Shown one piece after another: positions 35,298-43,924 of a stretch of DNA of 46,210 bases. The translations under genes were made by a program, and so were the position numbers. Each line of letters opens with the position of its first letter. The first letter of the stretch is position 1. A model generated the notes under the pieces. The model made no database searches. It had not been told where the DNA came from and saw nothing but the letters and a program-made list of their open reading frames with translations. Source of the stretch: Patescibacteria group bacterium (GTDB taxonomy: Bacteria; Patescibacteriota; Patescibacteriia; Patescibacteriales; VMTK01); NCBI GenBank assembly GCA_018896595.1, contig JAHIME010000023.1, positions 1 to 46,210 on the forward strand, in the 5' to 3' direction.

Positions 35298-35355
35298 GCC
35301 CGTAAAAATTTACCGCAATATAAACCGCCAATAAAATTTTCATGGCTTTTATTTT

Positions 35356-36096
35356 TTAGTCAATAAAATGAAAAGAGTCGGAAATTTTTTGATCATAACA
35401 ATCATCAAAGCTTAAGCCCAAAATGCATTCCTGGCCAGCGTGCCAAAAGGCGGCTTTTTTGTATACAGAGCTATATTTCAGGTGGTATTTATAATTTATC
35501 GGACATTTTGTTGAACTCATATCTTTTCCATCACCCTTTATTTTTACATCATATGTGCCGGAAAAATTTGTTTCATATTTTTCTTGGTAATTGCAGCCCT
35601 CCCCGTATTTTTGTTTTATTAATTTATCCAGTTCATTTTCATTATCAATATCCAAGACAATAATATGCCAAGGAAATCCATAATTAACTTCACCTTTATA
35701 TTCCGGTATGAAAGTATTTTGCGTTTTAATAAACTGGCCGCTTTGCCAATCAAATCTCTGTTCATATTCCTGATTAAGGTAAAAATTATTGTCTTTGACA
35801 AAAATTTTATTGGCTATTAGCGCGTCAGAATCAGTCATGCCTTCCGGCAAGCCGGTCCAATATTTGCCGTGAATTGATTTTTCCGGGTACTTTATTTCAA
35901 AACCGTATTCTTCATTTTGATAAGTTATCCATTTAATATCAATATCATCAAATTTATTCTCTACATGGCAATTATAAAACGGCGGCCGGGTAAAACAGCC
36001 GTCGCCTCTTTTGAGCCAATAAATGCCAACTGATATTATCAGTAAAAACAATACTGCCGATATGATTAAAATTTTATTCTTCATTTGGCTATCCAA
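35356..36096 (-). CDS. membrane-anchored/secreted hypothetical protein
   Basis: N-terminal hydrophobic segment ILIISAVLFLLIISVGIYW. No recognisable domain. Confidence 0.6.
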   Translation of the reverse strand: MDSQMKNKILIISAVLFLLIISVGIYWLKRGDGCFTRPPFYNCHVENKFDDIDIKWITYQNEEYGFEIKYPEKSIHGKYWTGLPEGMTDSDALIANKIFVKDNNFYLNQEYEQRFDWQSGQFIKTQNTFIPEYKGEVNYGFPWHIIVLDIDNENELDKLIKQKYGEGCNYQEKYETNFSGTYDVKIKGDGKDMSSTKCPINYKYHLKYSSVYKKAAFWHAGQECILGLSFDDCYDQKISDSFHFID

Positions 36097-36159
36097 CCGT
36101 TAGATTTTAGAGTTAAGCGGTTTTAAGATTAATAAAATCGTTATTCCTTTTCATTCATG

Positions 36160-37044
36160 CTATTTTTTTTGCGCGACGCCTATCTTCCACACACCTTTTT
36201 CAAGGAAGGCCTCTATTGTTTGGCGGCTTGCCTTATTAATCAAATTAGAGTGTGATATTTTATTTATTTTCGCGTATTCCGCGAGCGTCATAATATGCGC
36301 GCCCTCCAGATACGCGAGCCTCTTGTGGTAACTGTTGGTAAGCGCTTTTCCTACTATTTCTTCCATAATAGTAGTCGCGCCTTTTTCATCAAATTCTTTA
36401 AACGCTTCGTAATATTTCTTTCTGTCAATAAATTTTATGTTTATTGGAACAAACCCTTCTCGTATTAACAAATAGTTGTTTATAACACGCCCAATGCGAC
36501 CATTGCCATCGCAAAATGGATGAGTGTATTCAAAAGCAAGATGCAATCCCGCTATCCTTTTAATTATATTTTCATGACTCGCAGCATTATACTCGGACAA
36601 CATTTTTTTCAGACGACCCGCCACTTCTTTGGGGTTAGGAGCAATATGACTGCCGACACGCACAAATTCATTGTCTTTTCTAAACCTCCCGGCAATATCG
36701 TCACGAATATTTGAAATCAACATTTTATGAAGTGATAAAATTACCTCAAGAGTAAGCTCTTGCTCCTTAGCTCCTTTGTCAATATATGATACAACTTGCG
36801 CGAGATTTTTTGCCTCAAAAATTTCTCGTTCAGTGATATATCTGTCCAAATCTATTTGCAAAAGTATTTTCTCTGTTTCCTCAAGAGTAAGAGTGCTGTT
36901 TTCAATGGCGTTAGAGTTATATACCTGTTCGGCCACCTCCGCCTCGTTCAATAATTTTAACAGCGCCTGTTTGCCAACAGACGCAGTATAATAGCGTTCT
37001 CTTAAACGAGAGATTGTGTTAAAAATATGTAATACTTTTGCCAT
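36160..37044 (-). CDS. Fic/DOC-family protein
   Basis: Fic motif HPFCDGNGRIGR. Confidence 0.85.
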   Translation of the reverse strand: MAKVLHIFNTISRLRERYYTASVGKQALLKLLNEAEVAEQVYNSNAIENSTLTLEETEKILLQIDLDRYITEREIFEAKNLAQVVSYIDKGAKEQELTLEVILSLHKMLISNIRDDIAGRFRKDNEFVRVGSHIAPNPKEVAGRLKKMLSEYNAASHENIIKRIAGLHLAFEYTHPFCDGNGRIGRVINNYLLIREGFVPINIKFIDRKKYYEAFKEFDEKGATTIMEEIVGKALTNSYHKRLAYLEGAHIMTLAEYAKINKISHSNLINKASRQTIEAFLEKGVWKIGVAQKK

Positions 37045-37080
37045 AATTAAAAGTATAAGAAAATTGAATAATCTAAGTTT

Positions 37081-37108
37081 ATTTTATACCCTTTTCACTC
37101 TTTTGTCA
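37081..37108 (-). promoter_or_regulatory. candidate promoter of the Fic gene
   Basis: On the minus strand: TTGACA (37108-37103), 16-nt spacer, TAAAAT (37086-37081). Confidence 0.45.
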
Positions 37109-37110
37109 AG

Positions 37111-37154
37111 ATAACCGTGAAAAACTGTAAAAAAAGAGCGAATTTCACGGTTAT
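37111..37154. repeat. perfect 12-bp inverted repeat abutting the -35 box
   Basis: ATAACCGTGAAA (37111-37122), 20-nt spacer, TTTCACGGTTAT (37143-37154). Confidence 0.7.
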
Positions 37155-37363
37155 GCTTTAATTTTATTTTCCAAGAAATAATTTAATATCATTGTAGGAA
37201 CGCGGACAAATTTCGTATTTTTTAAGTTTGTGGATTGGTATAAAAGCGTAACCGCTTTAGTATTGCCGCCACGAAATAAAAGTAAGAATGTTTTATCCTT
37301 CGGATTAAATATTATTCCTCCCGCGTAAAATATATCCGGTATTTCTTTTTGATATTTAAACAT
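37151..37363 (-). CDS. doubtful 70-aa ORF, possibly a Nudix N-terminal fragment
   Basis: YAGGIIFNPKDKTFLLLFRGGN resembles a Nudix N-terminus, but no Nudix box follows. The ORF overlaps the degenerate attC-like element A0. Confidence 0.3.
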   Translation of the reverse strand: MFKYQKEIPDIFYAGGIIFNPKDKTFLLLFRGGNTKAVTLLYQSTNLKNTKFVRVPTMILNYFLENKIKA

Positions 37364-37420
37364 AAAATTAGAGAGTTACTATTGATAGGTGGAACCGGAT
37401 ATTCCGTGTTATCGGATGTA
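37312..37420. repeat. attC-like element A0 (degenerate left arm)
   Basis: The right arm CCGGATATTCCG-T-GTT-ATCG-GATGTA (37395-37420) is intact. The left arm keeps ATATCCGG, but AAC is replaced by CGC. Confidence 0.45.
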
Positions 37421-37526
37421 TTGCTTTTTTGGGCGTTATCCTTTGGCGATTAGCCAAAATAAAACAAATACTTTTAGGAAGCGGGAAGGCGGAATGACCA
37501 CCTTCCCTAATAAAGAAAGACTACTT

Positions 37527-37718
37527 TCAGAAAGCACCTTGCCAAAAACTGAGCGGTGTCCAGCCCTCCCTTGTGTCAACTGCGCGACGCCTAATCTCTT
37601 CGAAAAATTCAGGTCGCTCTTTCCTCATTACATCAAGTCGTTGCTCAATATCTGGCACGAGCGCCACCAGCAACTGGAAATTGGTGTTTTCTGCGGGTAC
37701 TGCGTTTACATTTGTCAT
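37527..37718 (-). CDS. cassette ORF, 63-aa hypothetical protein
   Basis: Strong RBS on the minus strand (AAAGGAGGAAGGT then ATG). Located between A0 and A1. Confidence 0.6.
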   Translation of the reverse strand: MTNVNAVPAENTNFQLLVALVPDIEQRLDVMRKERPEFFEEIRRRAVDTREGWTPLSFWQGAF

Positions 37719-37798
37719 ACCTTCCTCCTTTGGTTGTTTTTTAACAAACGCCTTTCCGATTTAGCAGCTTCCTAAAAATATTTGTTTTAAAAGAACAA

Positions 37799-37912
37799 TA
37801 TTTCGGCATAACGTATCGGCATATCTGATGTTTTACGAAGCGTAGCGGAGTAAAATATGGGTGGAGGCTTTTGTAAAAAGCCGTAACCAGATATGCCGTG
37901 TTAGCTGATGTA
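37799..37912. repeat. attC-like element A1
   Basis: Left arm TATTTC-GGCAT-AAC-GTAT-CGGCATATCTG. Right arm CAGATATGCCG-T-GTT-AGCT-GATGTA. Inner stem TTTTAC/GTAAAA. Confidence 0.7.
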
Positions 37913-38032
37913 TTCCTTTTCTTTTTTCCGACAGCAGTCGGAATTGTTTTAAAAAATTTTCAAATTTCTTTTTCCGTTTTGGATTTTGGGCAGAGGGGCT
38001 GGGGGTGAATGCCCCGAAGCCAAGACTCCTTA

Positions 38033-38281
38033 TTAATTCATTGTAATTTTAAACTTATTTTCTACCACATTTATTTTAAAGCCATGTGGGTCAGTCCATT
38101 CGCTTCCGTTATTGGCTCTGGTTAAAAATTGATTTAGCGTTGATTGCTCGTCACCAACCGGTTTATCTATTTCCGATTCCGTATATCCGGGGATTTTTTC
38201 TAAAATATATCGAGTGGTTTCTTCCCTTGAACCAAATGAATTGAGATTTGTTTCCAAATTACGTGGTGTTTCGCTAAACAT
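38033..38281 (-). CDS. hypothetical protein (82 aa)
   Basis: ORF 10 nt downstream of the 473-aa ORF in the same cassette. Confidence 0.5.
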   Translation of the reverse strand: MFSETPRNLETNLNSFGSREETTRYILEKIPGYTESEIDKPVGDEQSTLNQFLTRANNGSEWTDPHGFKINVVENKFKITMN

Positions 38282-38291
38282 AAAATTTGAT

Positions 38292-39713
38292 TTAGGTTTT
38301 TAGATTTAACTTAGTTTTTAAATAATTTAATGCTTCAAGCGCTGTTTGGTCTTTTGTCGGATCAAATAATTTGTCACTCACGGTCGGATCCACCAATAAA
38401 GTGCTTCCCAATTCGGCGATAAATTCACGTTCTCCATCCCACGGATGTCCTGCGTTCGTTTCATCTTTCATACGATGCTTTAGCCGGAACTTATCTAATT
38501 GCGAACCCTGATATTTTTGTCCCATGAGTTGCAAATAGTATTTAGAAAGCTGAACATCAATAAAGCCTTTTGACTGCCACCTTTCGCACGCCTCATGTCC
38601 AGTAGACTGTAATAGATCACCAATTTCGTGACTATGTTCGATATAGTCGCTGGAAAAATAAATCGAATTTTGCGTCCACCCTGCCTCGTTCGCGTCGCCG
38701 GAGCTAATATCAACGTACATAATTGGTTCAGCGCTAAAAGCTTGGTTTAAATGTTCTAAAACTCCAGCCATTTTATCAAATTTATCTCGGTGGCGATCAA
38801 GAAATTCCGCAAAATTGAAATCGGGCTTGATCGAGCCAAAAACTATTCCGTTTTTTGCGGTATAGTGTCGAGCAGAGAGTGTTTTTTCTAGATATCGTTC
38901 TTTATCTCCAGTTTGTACTGCCAATCTGGTGGAAACAATATCTCGTTCAAACCATTGAGTTTTTTCTGGAGGGAAATTTTGTATTCTGTTTTGTAAGTTG
39001 TCCAAAATTTCAGCGGATAGATGATGGTCAGCAAGCAAACCTGCTATTTCTATAATATTGTAGGTACCCATTGTTTGGCAGATTTTATCCCCCGAATCGG
39101 TCATGTATTGTTTTAGCAAAGTAGAAATTTTTTCGCCCTCAAATGGAATGCCCGCTCTTAAACCAGTCAAAACGGCTCTTGTTCTTAATTCATAGCCATA
39201 CTTTTGTTCGTCGGCTATTTTTAGCATTTTGTTTCTTGCTTCAGGAGATTTATTTTTTCCTAAAGAATCAATTGCCGTATTGCACAAATAAACATTTTCG
39301 TGATTTATATCTATAAAATCAGCTATCAATTGAACGCTATTGGGTTGTGAAATTTCGCCTGCGACTGAAAGAGCGGCTTGAATTTTTTGATAAGCAAAGA
39401 GTTGTTTGGCTTTTGCCTCGCCCATTTCTTCGTCGGCTCTATTATAATTTTCGCCATTCAGAACCGCGGTAATTTGGTATAGATCAATGCGGTTGTTATT
39501 ATTCAAAAGCCAATCAAGATTTTCTTGGAGTTTTTGTTTCCCATTTGAGCTTGCCAGATGATTCAATTCTTCTAAAGCCGTTGATAGAGTGCCTTGAATT
39601 TTAGATATTTCACCTCGTTCTTTTGTTTCATAAATATCAAGAAGGATAGCGGTAGGACGCTCTTTTTTTGTTTCCGTTTCAATTGCGGTTAAAATATTTT
39701 TTTCTGGATTCAT
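38292..39713 (-). CDS. hypothetical protein (473 aa)
   Basis: Long uninterrupted ORF with no domain recognised by eye. Confidence 0.7.
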   Translation of the reverse strand: MNPEKNILTAIETETKKERPTAILLDIYETKERGEISKIQGTLSTALEELNHLASSNGKQKLQENLDWLLNNNNRIDLYQITAVLNGENYNRADEEMGEAKAKQLFAYQKIQAALSVAGEISQPNSVQLIADFIDINHENVYLCNTAIDSLGKNKSPEARNKMLKIADEQKYGYELRTRAVLTGLRAGIPFEGEKISTLLKQYMTDSGDKICQTMGTYNIIEIAGLLADHHLSAEILDNLQNRIQNFPPEKTQWFERDIVSTRLAVQTGDKERYLEKTLSARHYTAKNGIVFGSIKPDFNFAEFLDRHRDKFDKMAGVLEHLNQAFSAEPIMYVDISSGDANEAGWTQNSIYFSSDYIEHSHEIGDLLQSTGHEACERWQSKGFIDVQLSKYYLQLMGQKYQGSQLDKFRLKHRMKDETNAGHPWDGEREFIAELGSTLLVDPTVSDKLFDPTKDQTALEALNYLKTKLNLKT

Positions 39714-39723
39714 AATATTTGAT

Positions 39724-39757
39724 TAAATCGTTTTCGTAGCGGAGCGGAGAAAACACC
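39724..39757. repeat. 34-nt block identical to 43891-43924
   Basis: taaatcgttttcgtagcggagcggagaaaacacc contains the hairpin GTTTTC-N13-GAAAAC. On the minus strand it lies 10 nt upstream of the start codon at 39713. Confidence 0.8.
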
Positions 39758-39842
39758 ATATACCCCCCCCTAAATAATTAAAAATAAAATTTGTTCATTA
39801 CAGAAAAGTGTCGCCCGCCACAGCGGGCGAAAAAGAAAAGCA

Positions 39843-40051
39843 TATTTCATATAACGTATCCGAGTATGCGAAGTTCGCTTTTCGGATTTAATGAATTAAT
39901 TATGTTAATTGGCTTAATCCTATTTTATCGCACTATTCCTGAAATTACCACCTATCGGAGAAAAGCGAATTTGGGTCGAGAAAATTTTTCACTCCTTGAA
40001 ATATAACTGATGAAAAATTTTTGAGCCGCATGTGCCGTGTTGTCTGATGTA
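39843..40051. repeat. attC-like element A2 (long, 209 nt)
   Basis: Left arm TATTTC-ATAT-AAC-GTAT-CCGAGTATGCG. Right arm CGCATGTGCCG-T-GTT-GTCT-GATGTA. Inner stem TTCGCTTTTC/GAAAAGCGAA. A 29-nt block (39969-39997) is identical to 46179-46207. Confidence 0.65.
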
Positions 40052-40095
40052 TTTTTTCATCTTCTATTTTATTGGCACAAACTTTGCTTGTTCTA

Positions 40096-40176
40096 AAAGA
40101 AAATTCGATTTTTAAATTTAAAGTTTTTGTTTTGCCGAATGGCAAAACGATTATTTGGGGGCAATTTAATTTTTTA
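40096..40176. repeat. left copy of the ~80-bp inverted repeat bracketing the AlaX-like gene
   Basis: A 33-nt block (40096-40128) and a 19-nt block (40149-40167) are exact reverse complements of 40901-40933 and 40872-40890. A private hairpin GTTTTGCC-gaat-GGCAAAAC lies between the two blocks. Confidence 0.85.
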
Positions 40177-40180
40177 TTTT

Positions 40181-40849
40181 TTATTTGAGTTTGATGTTTA
40201 TGGTTGGCATGCCTTTCTTCTTATTATATTCAATCTCAACTATGCCTATCTCAGAAATGTTTTTAACATGCGTTCCGCCACAAGGAATTTTGTAACCAAG
40301 ACATTCCCACCAACGAAATCCTTTCTTTTCAGTATCAGGATAAGTTTTAACATCCGCCCCTGATGAAATAGCCTCACGAAAAACCTCATTCGTTTTTTCA
40401 ACTAGCTCGAGCGTTATTTCATCGCTTTCATATCTATTAAAAACAAAGCCGTCTTGAATATCTGAGACTTTCGGAAACGGCAAAGACTTGCCAGCAGTTT
40501 TTTCAAGTAAGCAATGATGCAAATGAGCAGCAGTGTGTAGTTTCATCTGTCTGTTGCGAAATTCCCAGTTAAGTTTGCATAACACCTTTTGACCTTTAAC
40601 ATCTTCCGGAATCTTTTCGGTCGTTATTATGATAATGCCATCTTCGTTGTAGGGGTCTTTTAAAGTATCAGTAACATTATAATTTGAGCCATTGATGACA
40701 AATGTACCCTTATCACCTTTCTGTCCTCCCCCACGAGGGTAGAAAATATTATCAGCGACCTGAACACAGTTCTGGTCATTTTCGGTAAATGCCCCCGTGA
40801 TAGTTGTGTTGATTTCTGTTAAATACTGATCTTCGTAAAATTTGTGCAT
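40181..40849 (-). CDS. AlaX-like protein (alanyl-tRNA synthetase editing-domain / metal-dependent hydrolase family)
   Basis: HTAAHLHH (HxxxH) and CGGTHV motifs. Confidence 0.8.
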   Translation of the reverse strand: MHKFYEDQYLTEINTTITGAFTENDQNCVQVADNIFYPRGGGQKGDKGTFVINGSNYNVTDTLKDPYNEDGIIIITTEKIPEDVKGQKVLCKLNWEFRNRQMKLHTAAHLHHCLLEKTAGKSLPFPKVSDIQDGFVFNRYESDEITLELVEKTNEVFREAISSGADVKTYPDTEKKGFRWWECLGYKIPCGGTHVKNISEIGIVEIEYNKKKGMPTINIKLK

Positions 40850-40862
40850 AGTTTTTGTGAAT

Positions 40863-40933
40863 TAAAAAATAAAATTGCCCCCAAATAATCCGCGAAGCGG
40901 AAAAACTTTAAATTTAAAAATCGAATTTTCTTT
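40863..40933. repeat. right copy of the inverted repeat bracketing the AlaX-like gene
   Basis: See 40096-40176. The private central hairpin here is CCGC-gaa-GCGG. Confidence 0.85.
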
Positions 40934-40982
40934 CTTTGTTTATATCACCAAACTCCTAAAATTACCACCAAAGATGAAAAAA

Positions 40983-41094
40983 TATTTCAGACAACGTATC
41001 GCTATATCCGAAGTTTTTTAGAGCGAAGCGAAAAAGAATTTGCGCGTAGGCTTTCGAAAAAGCCGCAACCGGATATAGCGTGTTATATGATGTA
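40983..41094. repeat. attC-like element A3
   Basis: Left arm TATTTC-AGAC-AAC-GTAT-CGCTATATCCG. Right arm CGGATATAGCG-T-GTT-ATAT-GATGTA, with perfect 11-bp stem pairing. Confidence 0.7.
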
Positions 41095-41222
41095 CATGTT
41101 TTCCTTTAATCCGCCTTAGGCGGATTGCTCTAAAAAAGAATTCAATTTTTTTTCGTTTTGGGCTTCGGGAAGAGGGGTTAGGGGTGAATTCCCGAAGCCC
41201 AAAACTCCTTAGCGTATTTGTT

Positions 41223-42317
41223 TTAAATTTTTCTGTATCTAGAGCTTCTGCCAAGTCCGATTCTTTCTATCTTTTTAAGTTTAAGCAAAACATCCAAAGC
41301 CTGTTTGACGGTCGGCCTGGCTATGCGAGTATTTTTAATAATATCGCCCGTACTGGTTTCTTTGATCTTTTCAATATATTGCCAGATAATAAGCTGTTTT
41401 TCTGACAAGATTTTTTCTATATTTTCTTTGGATAAAAGTTCAACTGCCATTTGCGATTGCTTTAAAACAATATCCAAGAAAAAATCAAGCCAGGCGGTGA
41501 TGCTTTCTTCTTTCGAGCCGATAGTTTTTTGGCTTCTTCTAAGTGAAACATAGTAGTCTGGTTTATTGTCTTCTACTAATTTTTCATGAGAAACATACGG
41601 CATATATTGATAGCCCGCATGCAATAAGAGTAAATTTGTAAGTACGCGAGACAGTCTTCCGTTGCCATCAGAAAAAGGATGAATCTTTAAAAACTCAACT
41701 AAAAAATTGCCTATTACCAATAGCGGATGATATTTGTTTTCTTTTAGCGCTTTTTGCGTCCAGTCGGTCAGGTCGCACATTTGGCCCGGAGTAAGATAGG
41801 CCGGCGAGGTATCAAAAAGAATGCCGATTGACTGTCCGGCTTCATCTATCATATGAACCTTATTTTCTCCTTTTTTATATTCACCACGATGCCCTTGATC
41901 CTTTTCCGCGTATTTCAGAAGTTCTTTGTGAAAATGCTTAACTAGGCTTTCGTTAAACTTTAAGCCTTTCCATGAATTAAAAACATTTTCCAGCAGTTCA
42001 TAATAACCTTTAACTTCTTGCTTGTCGCGATTGGTAAATTTTTGTACATTAATGCCTCGCATTAATTTTTCAATATCTGCGTCGGATAGGCGAGAGCCTT
42101 CAATACGAGTAGATGCGCCGGTTGAAGTAATCAAAACCGACCGCTTCAATCTTCCTAGAACTTGCGGGCTAAGGCGAGCGCCTGATATCCATCGTCCCTT
42201 TAGCTCATCAATTTTAGCTATTTTAGAAACGATGCTGGCTGGAATATTCTCAATCCGTTTTGAAAAATTGTCTGAAGTTATATGTTTTTCTGTTGTTTTA
42301 TTAGTGTTTTTTGACAT
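41223..42317 (-). CDS. Fic-family protein with a C-terminal wHTH-like tail
   Basis: Fic motif HPFSDGNGRLSR. Confidence 0.85.
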   Translation of the reverse strand: MSKNTNKTTEKHITSDNFSKRIENIPASIVSKIAKIDELKGRWISGARLSPQVLGRLKRSVLITSTGASTRIEGSRLSDADIEKLMRGINVQKFTNRDKQEVKGYYELLENVFNSWKGLKFNESLVKHFHKELLKYAEKDQGHRGEYKKGENKVHMIDEAGQSIGILFDTSPAYLTPGQMCDLTDWTQKALKENKYHPLLVIGNFLVEFLKIHPFSDGNGRLSRVLTNLLLLHAGYQYMPYVSHEKLVEDNKPDYYVSLRRSQKTIGSKEESITAWLDFFLDIVLKQSQMAVELLSKENIEKILSEKQLIIWQYIEKIKETSTGDIIKNTRIARPTVKQALDVLLKLKKIERIGLGRSSRYRKI

Positions 42318-42396
42318 AAATTTAATTGGATATATTAACTATATCCAATTATAGCCAATTATTGAGGATTGGTCAATTTTTGAAAGTGAGAAAAAA

Positions 42397-43023
42397 TTAA
42401 TTTATTTTTTCTATTTTAGTTGCAATTATTGTCGGTATTGGTCTATTGAGGCCGTCCACACCTAAATCAATATCCTCAATTTCCCCATAAATAAGAAAAG
42501 TATCTTTATCCCAATCAATTTTTTCAGGATTAAGACCAGAATATGTTTTAAACATGTAACTTGGCCAAAAACCATCCCAGTTAGTCTGTCTTTCGGGACT
42601 ATTTTCGGTAGCTAAGTTTACTGGAAATAGCCAAAACCAATCACAATCTGCACGTGAATCTGCATTTTTGTGCTTATCGTCAATAATGCAAAATTTAATT
42701 CCATCAATTTGACTATATCTATTAGCGACCCTTCCCATCCATTGTACATTTTTTCCTCTATAAATACTGTGCTTTTCCATTTCACCATCAGAATTTTTTT
42801 CTTGAATAAAAGAATTTTCATTAATAACGTCTGCATAACTTAAAACAGTGGTAGAAGCTAACATTTTGTTCGCGTTTATATTATTAACCAGAGTTGACTG
42901 CTCATTTTTTTCATTATCTAAAGTAAAATTTAAATTTTTAGAAATAGAACAGCCAGCGGATAATAAGGGTAAAATCAATAAAATAAGAAATCTTATCATA
43001 ATTGCATAGTAATTTATTGCCAT
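42397..43023 (-). CDS. secreted protein or lipoprotein, function unknown
   Basis: N-terminal signal-like segment ending LLSAGCS (lipobox-like). Confidence 0.6.
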   Translation of the reverse strand: MAINYYAIMIRFLILLILPLLSAGCSISKNLNFTLDNEKNEQSTLVNNINANKMLASTTVLSYADVINENSFIQEKNSDGEMEKHSIYRGKNVQWMGRVANRYSQIDGIKFCIIDDKHKNADSRADCDWFWLFPVNLATENSPERQTNWDGFWPSYMFKTYSGLNPEKIDWDKDTFLIYGEIEDIDLGVDGLNRPIPTIIATKIEKIN

Positions 43024-43026
43024 ATA

Positions 43027-43884
43027 TTAAAAGTTAACGAGTATGTTTTTATAATAAAAAATCATATTTTTTAACCATCTTTGAATATAGTTTGAACTTG
43101 CGACTCTTTCTCTAATCCAATCTATGCCTATAATTTTTTCAGACAGGCTTGATCTTTCTTGAGTAGATATTAAATATCCATCTATGTTTAATTTTTCATT
43201 ACTTTTTAATTTTACTTGCGCCCAAAATGTTTTTTTAGGTAAGCCAAAATAATTATCAGCTAATCTTACTCTTAAATCATAGTCCTTAAGAGTCCCTCCC
43301 CGGAACGACGAGCAAAGGCAATTATTCTCGGAAAATATTAAAAAAATCAAAGTTTCAAATTCAGTTGGCGATAAATATTTATAAAAATTATTTAAATCTA
43401 TACTAATTTTTTCGTTATTTATTAAAGCAACGGCAAATTCATTTTCAGAATTGTTTAATTTTTTTATTGTTCCTCTGTTATATTTTTGATTAGCATTTAT
43501 ATTAGAAAAAAATTCCGGTAAATCAATTTTTCTATAATGAGCTATTAGCTTTGAATTAATTGATTTGGGTAGGTCGCCATCGCCAGGATAAATATATTCA
43601 TTAGGGCCATCTTCAATCTTTCGGCCAACCTTTTTTAAACAATAAATTTTTTCTTCACAAAAAATCCAAAAATTTACATCGTTCTCCTTTTCTAAATTAT
43701 AGAATGTTTTTATTTGTTCTTTTGCTTGGTTAGATTTTTGTTGGTTTATTCCAATACTAACTTCATCCGCTCTCCATTTTCCAAAATATATAGATAATGG
43801 GCAAACTTCACCGCATCCAGTGTCGAGCCATGTTTTAAAGCCTTCATTTCCAATTTGAAATTTAAAATAGTAATTATTCATCAT
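43027..43884 (-). CDS. hypothetical protein with a C-terminal Mrr-like PD-(D/E)xK nuclease-type motif
   Basis: PTEFETLIFLIF...GGTLKDYDLRV...WAQVKLK resembles the Mrr catalytic domain pattern (FE..l, D.GiDl, QvK). The start was set at the MM at 43884, because the upstream extension runs into the conserved 34-nt block. Confidence 0.55.
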   Translation of the reverse strand: MMNNYYFKFQIGNEGFKTWLDTGCGEVCPLSIYFGKWRADEVSIGINQQKSNQAKEQIKTFYNLEKENDVNFWIFCEEKIYCLKKVGRKIEDGPNEYIYPGDGDLPKSINSKLIAHYRKIDLPEFFSNINANQKYNRGTIKKLNNSENEFAVALINNEKISIDLNNFYKYLSPTEFETLIFLIFSENNCLCSSFRGGTLKDYDLRVRLADNYFGLPKKTFWAQVKLKSNEKLNIDGYLISTQERSSLSEKIIGIDWIRERVASSNYIQRWLKNMIFYYKNILVNF

Positions 43885-43890
43885 AATTAA

Positions 43891-43924
43891 TAAATCGTTT
43901 TCGTAGCGGAGCGGAGAAAACACC
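43891..43924. repeat. 34-nt block identical to 39724-39757
   Basis: Same sequence. On the minus strand it lies 6 nt upstream of the start codon at 43884. Confidence 0.8.

Noticed and set aside
35269-35343. 24-aa TM-like ORF (MKILLAVYIAVNFYGLGMLLLAFD) upstream of ORF 34569-35297 as evidence of a frameshifted longer gene
   Set aside because: It cannot be distinguished from chance in AT-rich sequence without homologues. No clear continuation of similarity across frames.
37389-41405. Plus-strand track ORFs 37389-37775, 37573-37764, 39791-40006, 40127-40363 and 41184-41405, and minus-strand ORF 41018-41254
   Set aside because: They run across attC-like arms, hairpins or inverted repeats, or lie antisense to better ORFs. 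They have repeat-derived, low-complexity translations and lack an RBS.
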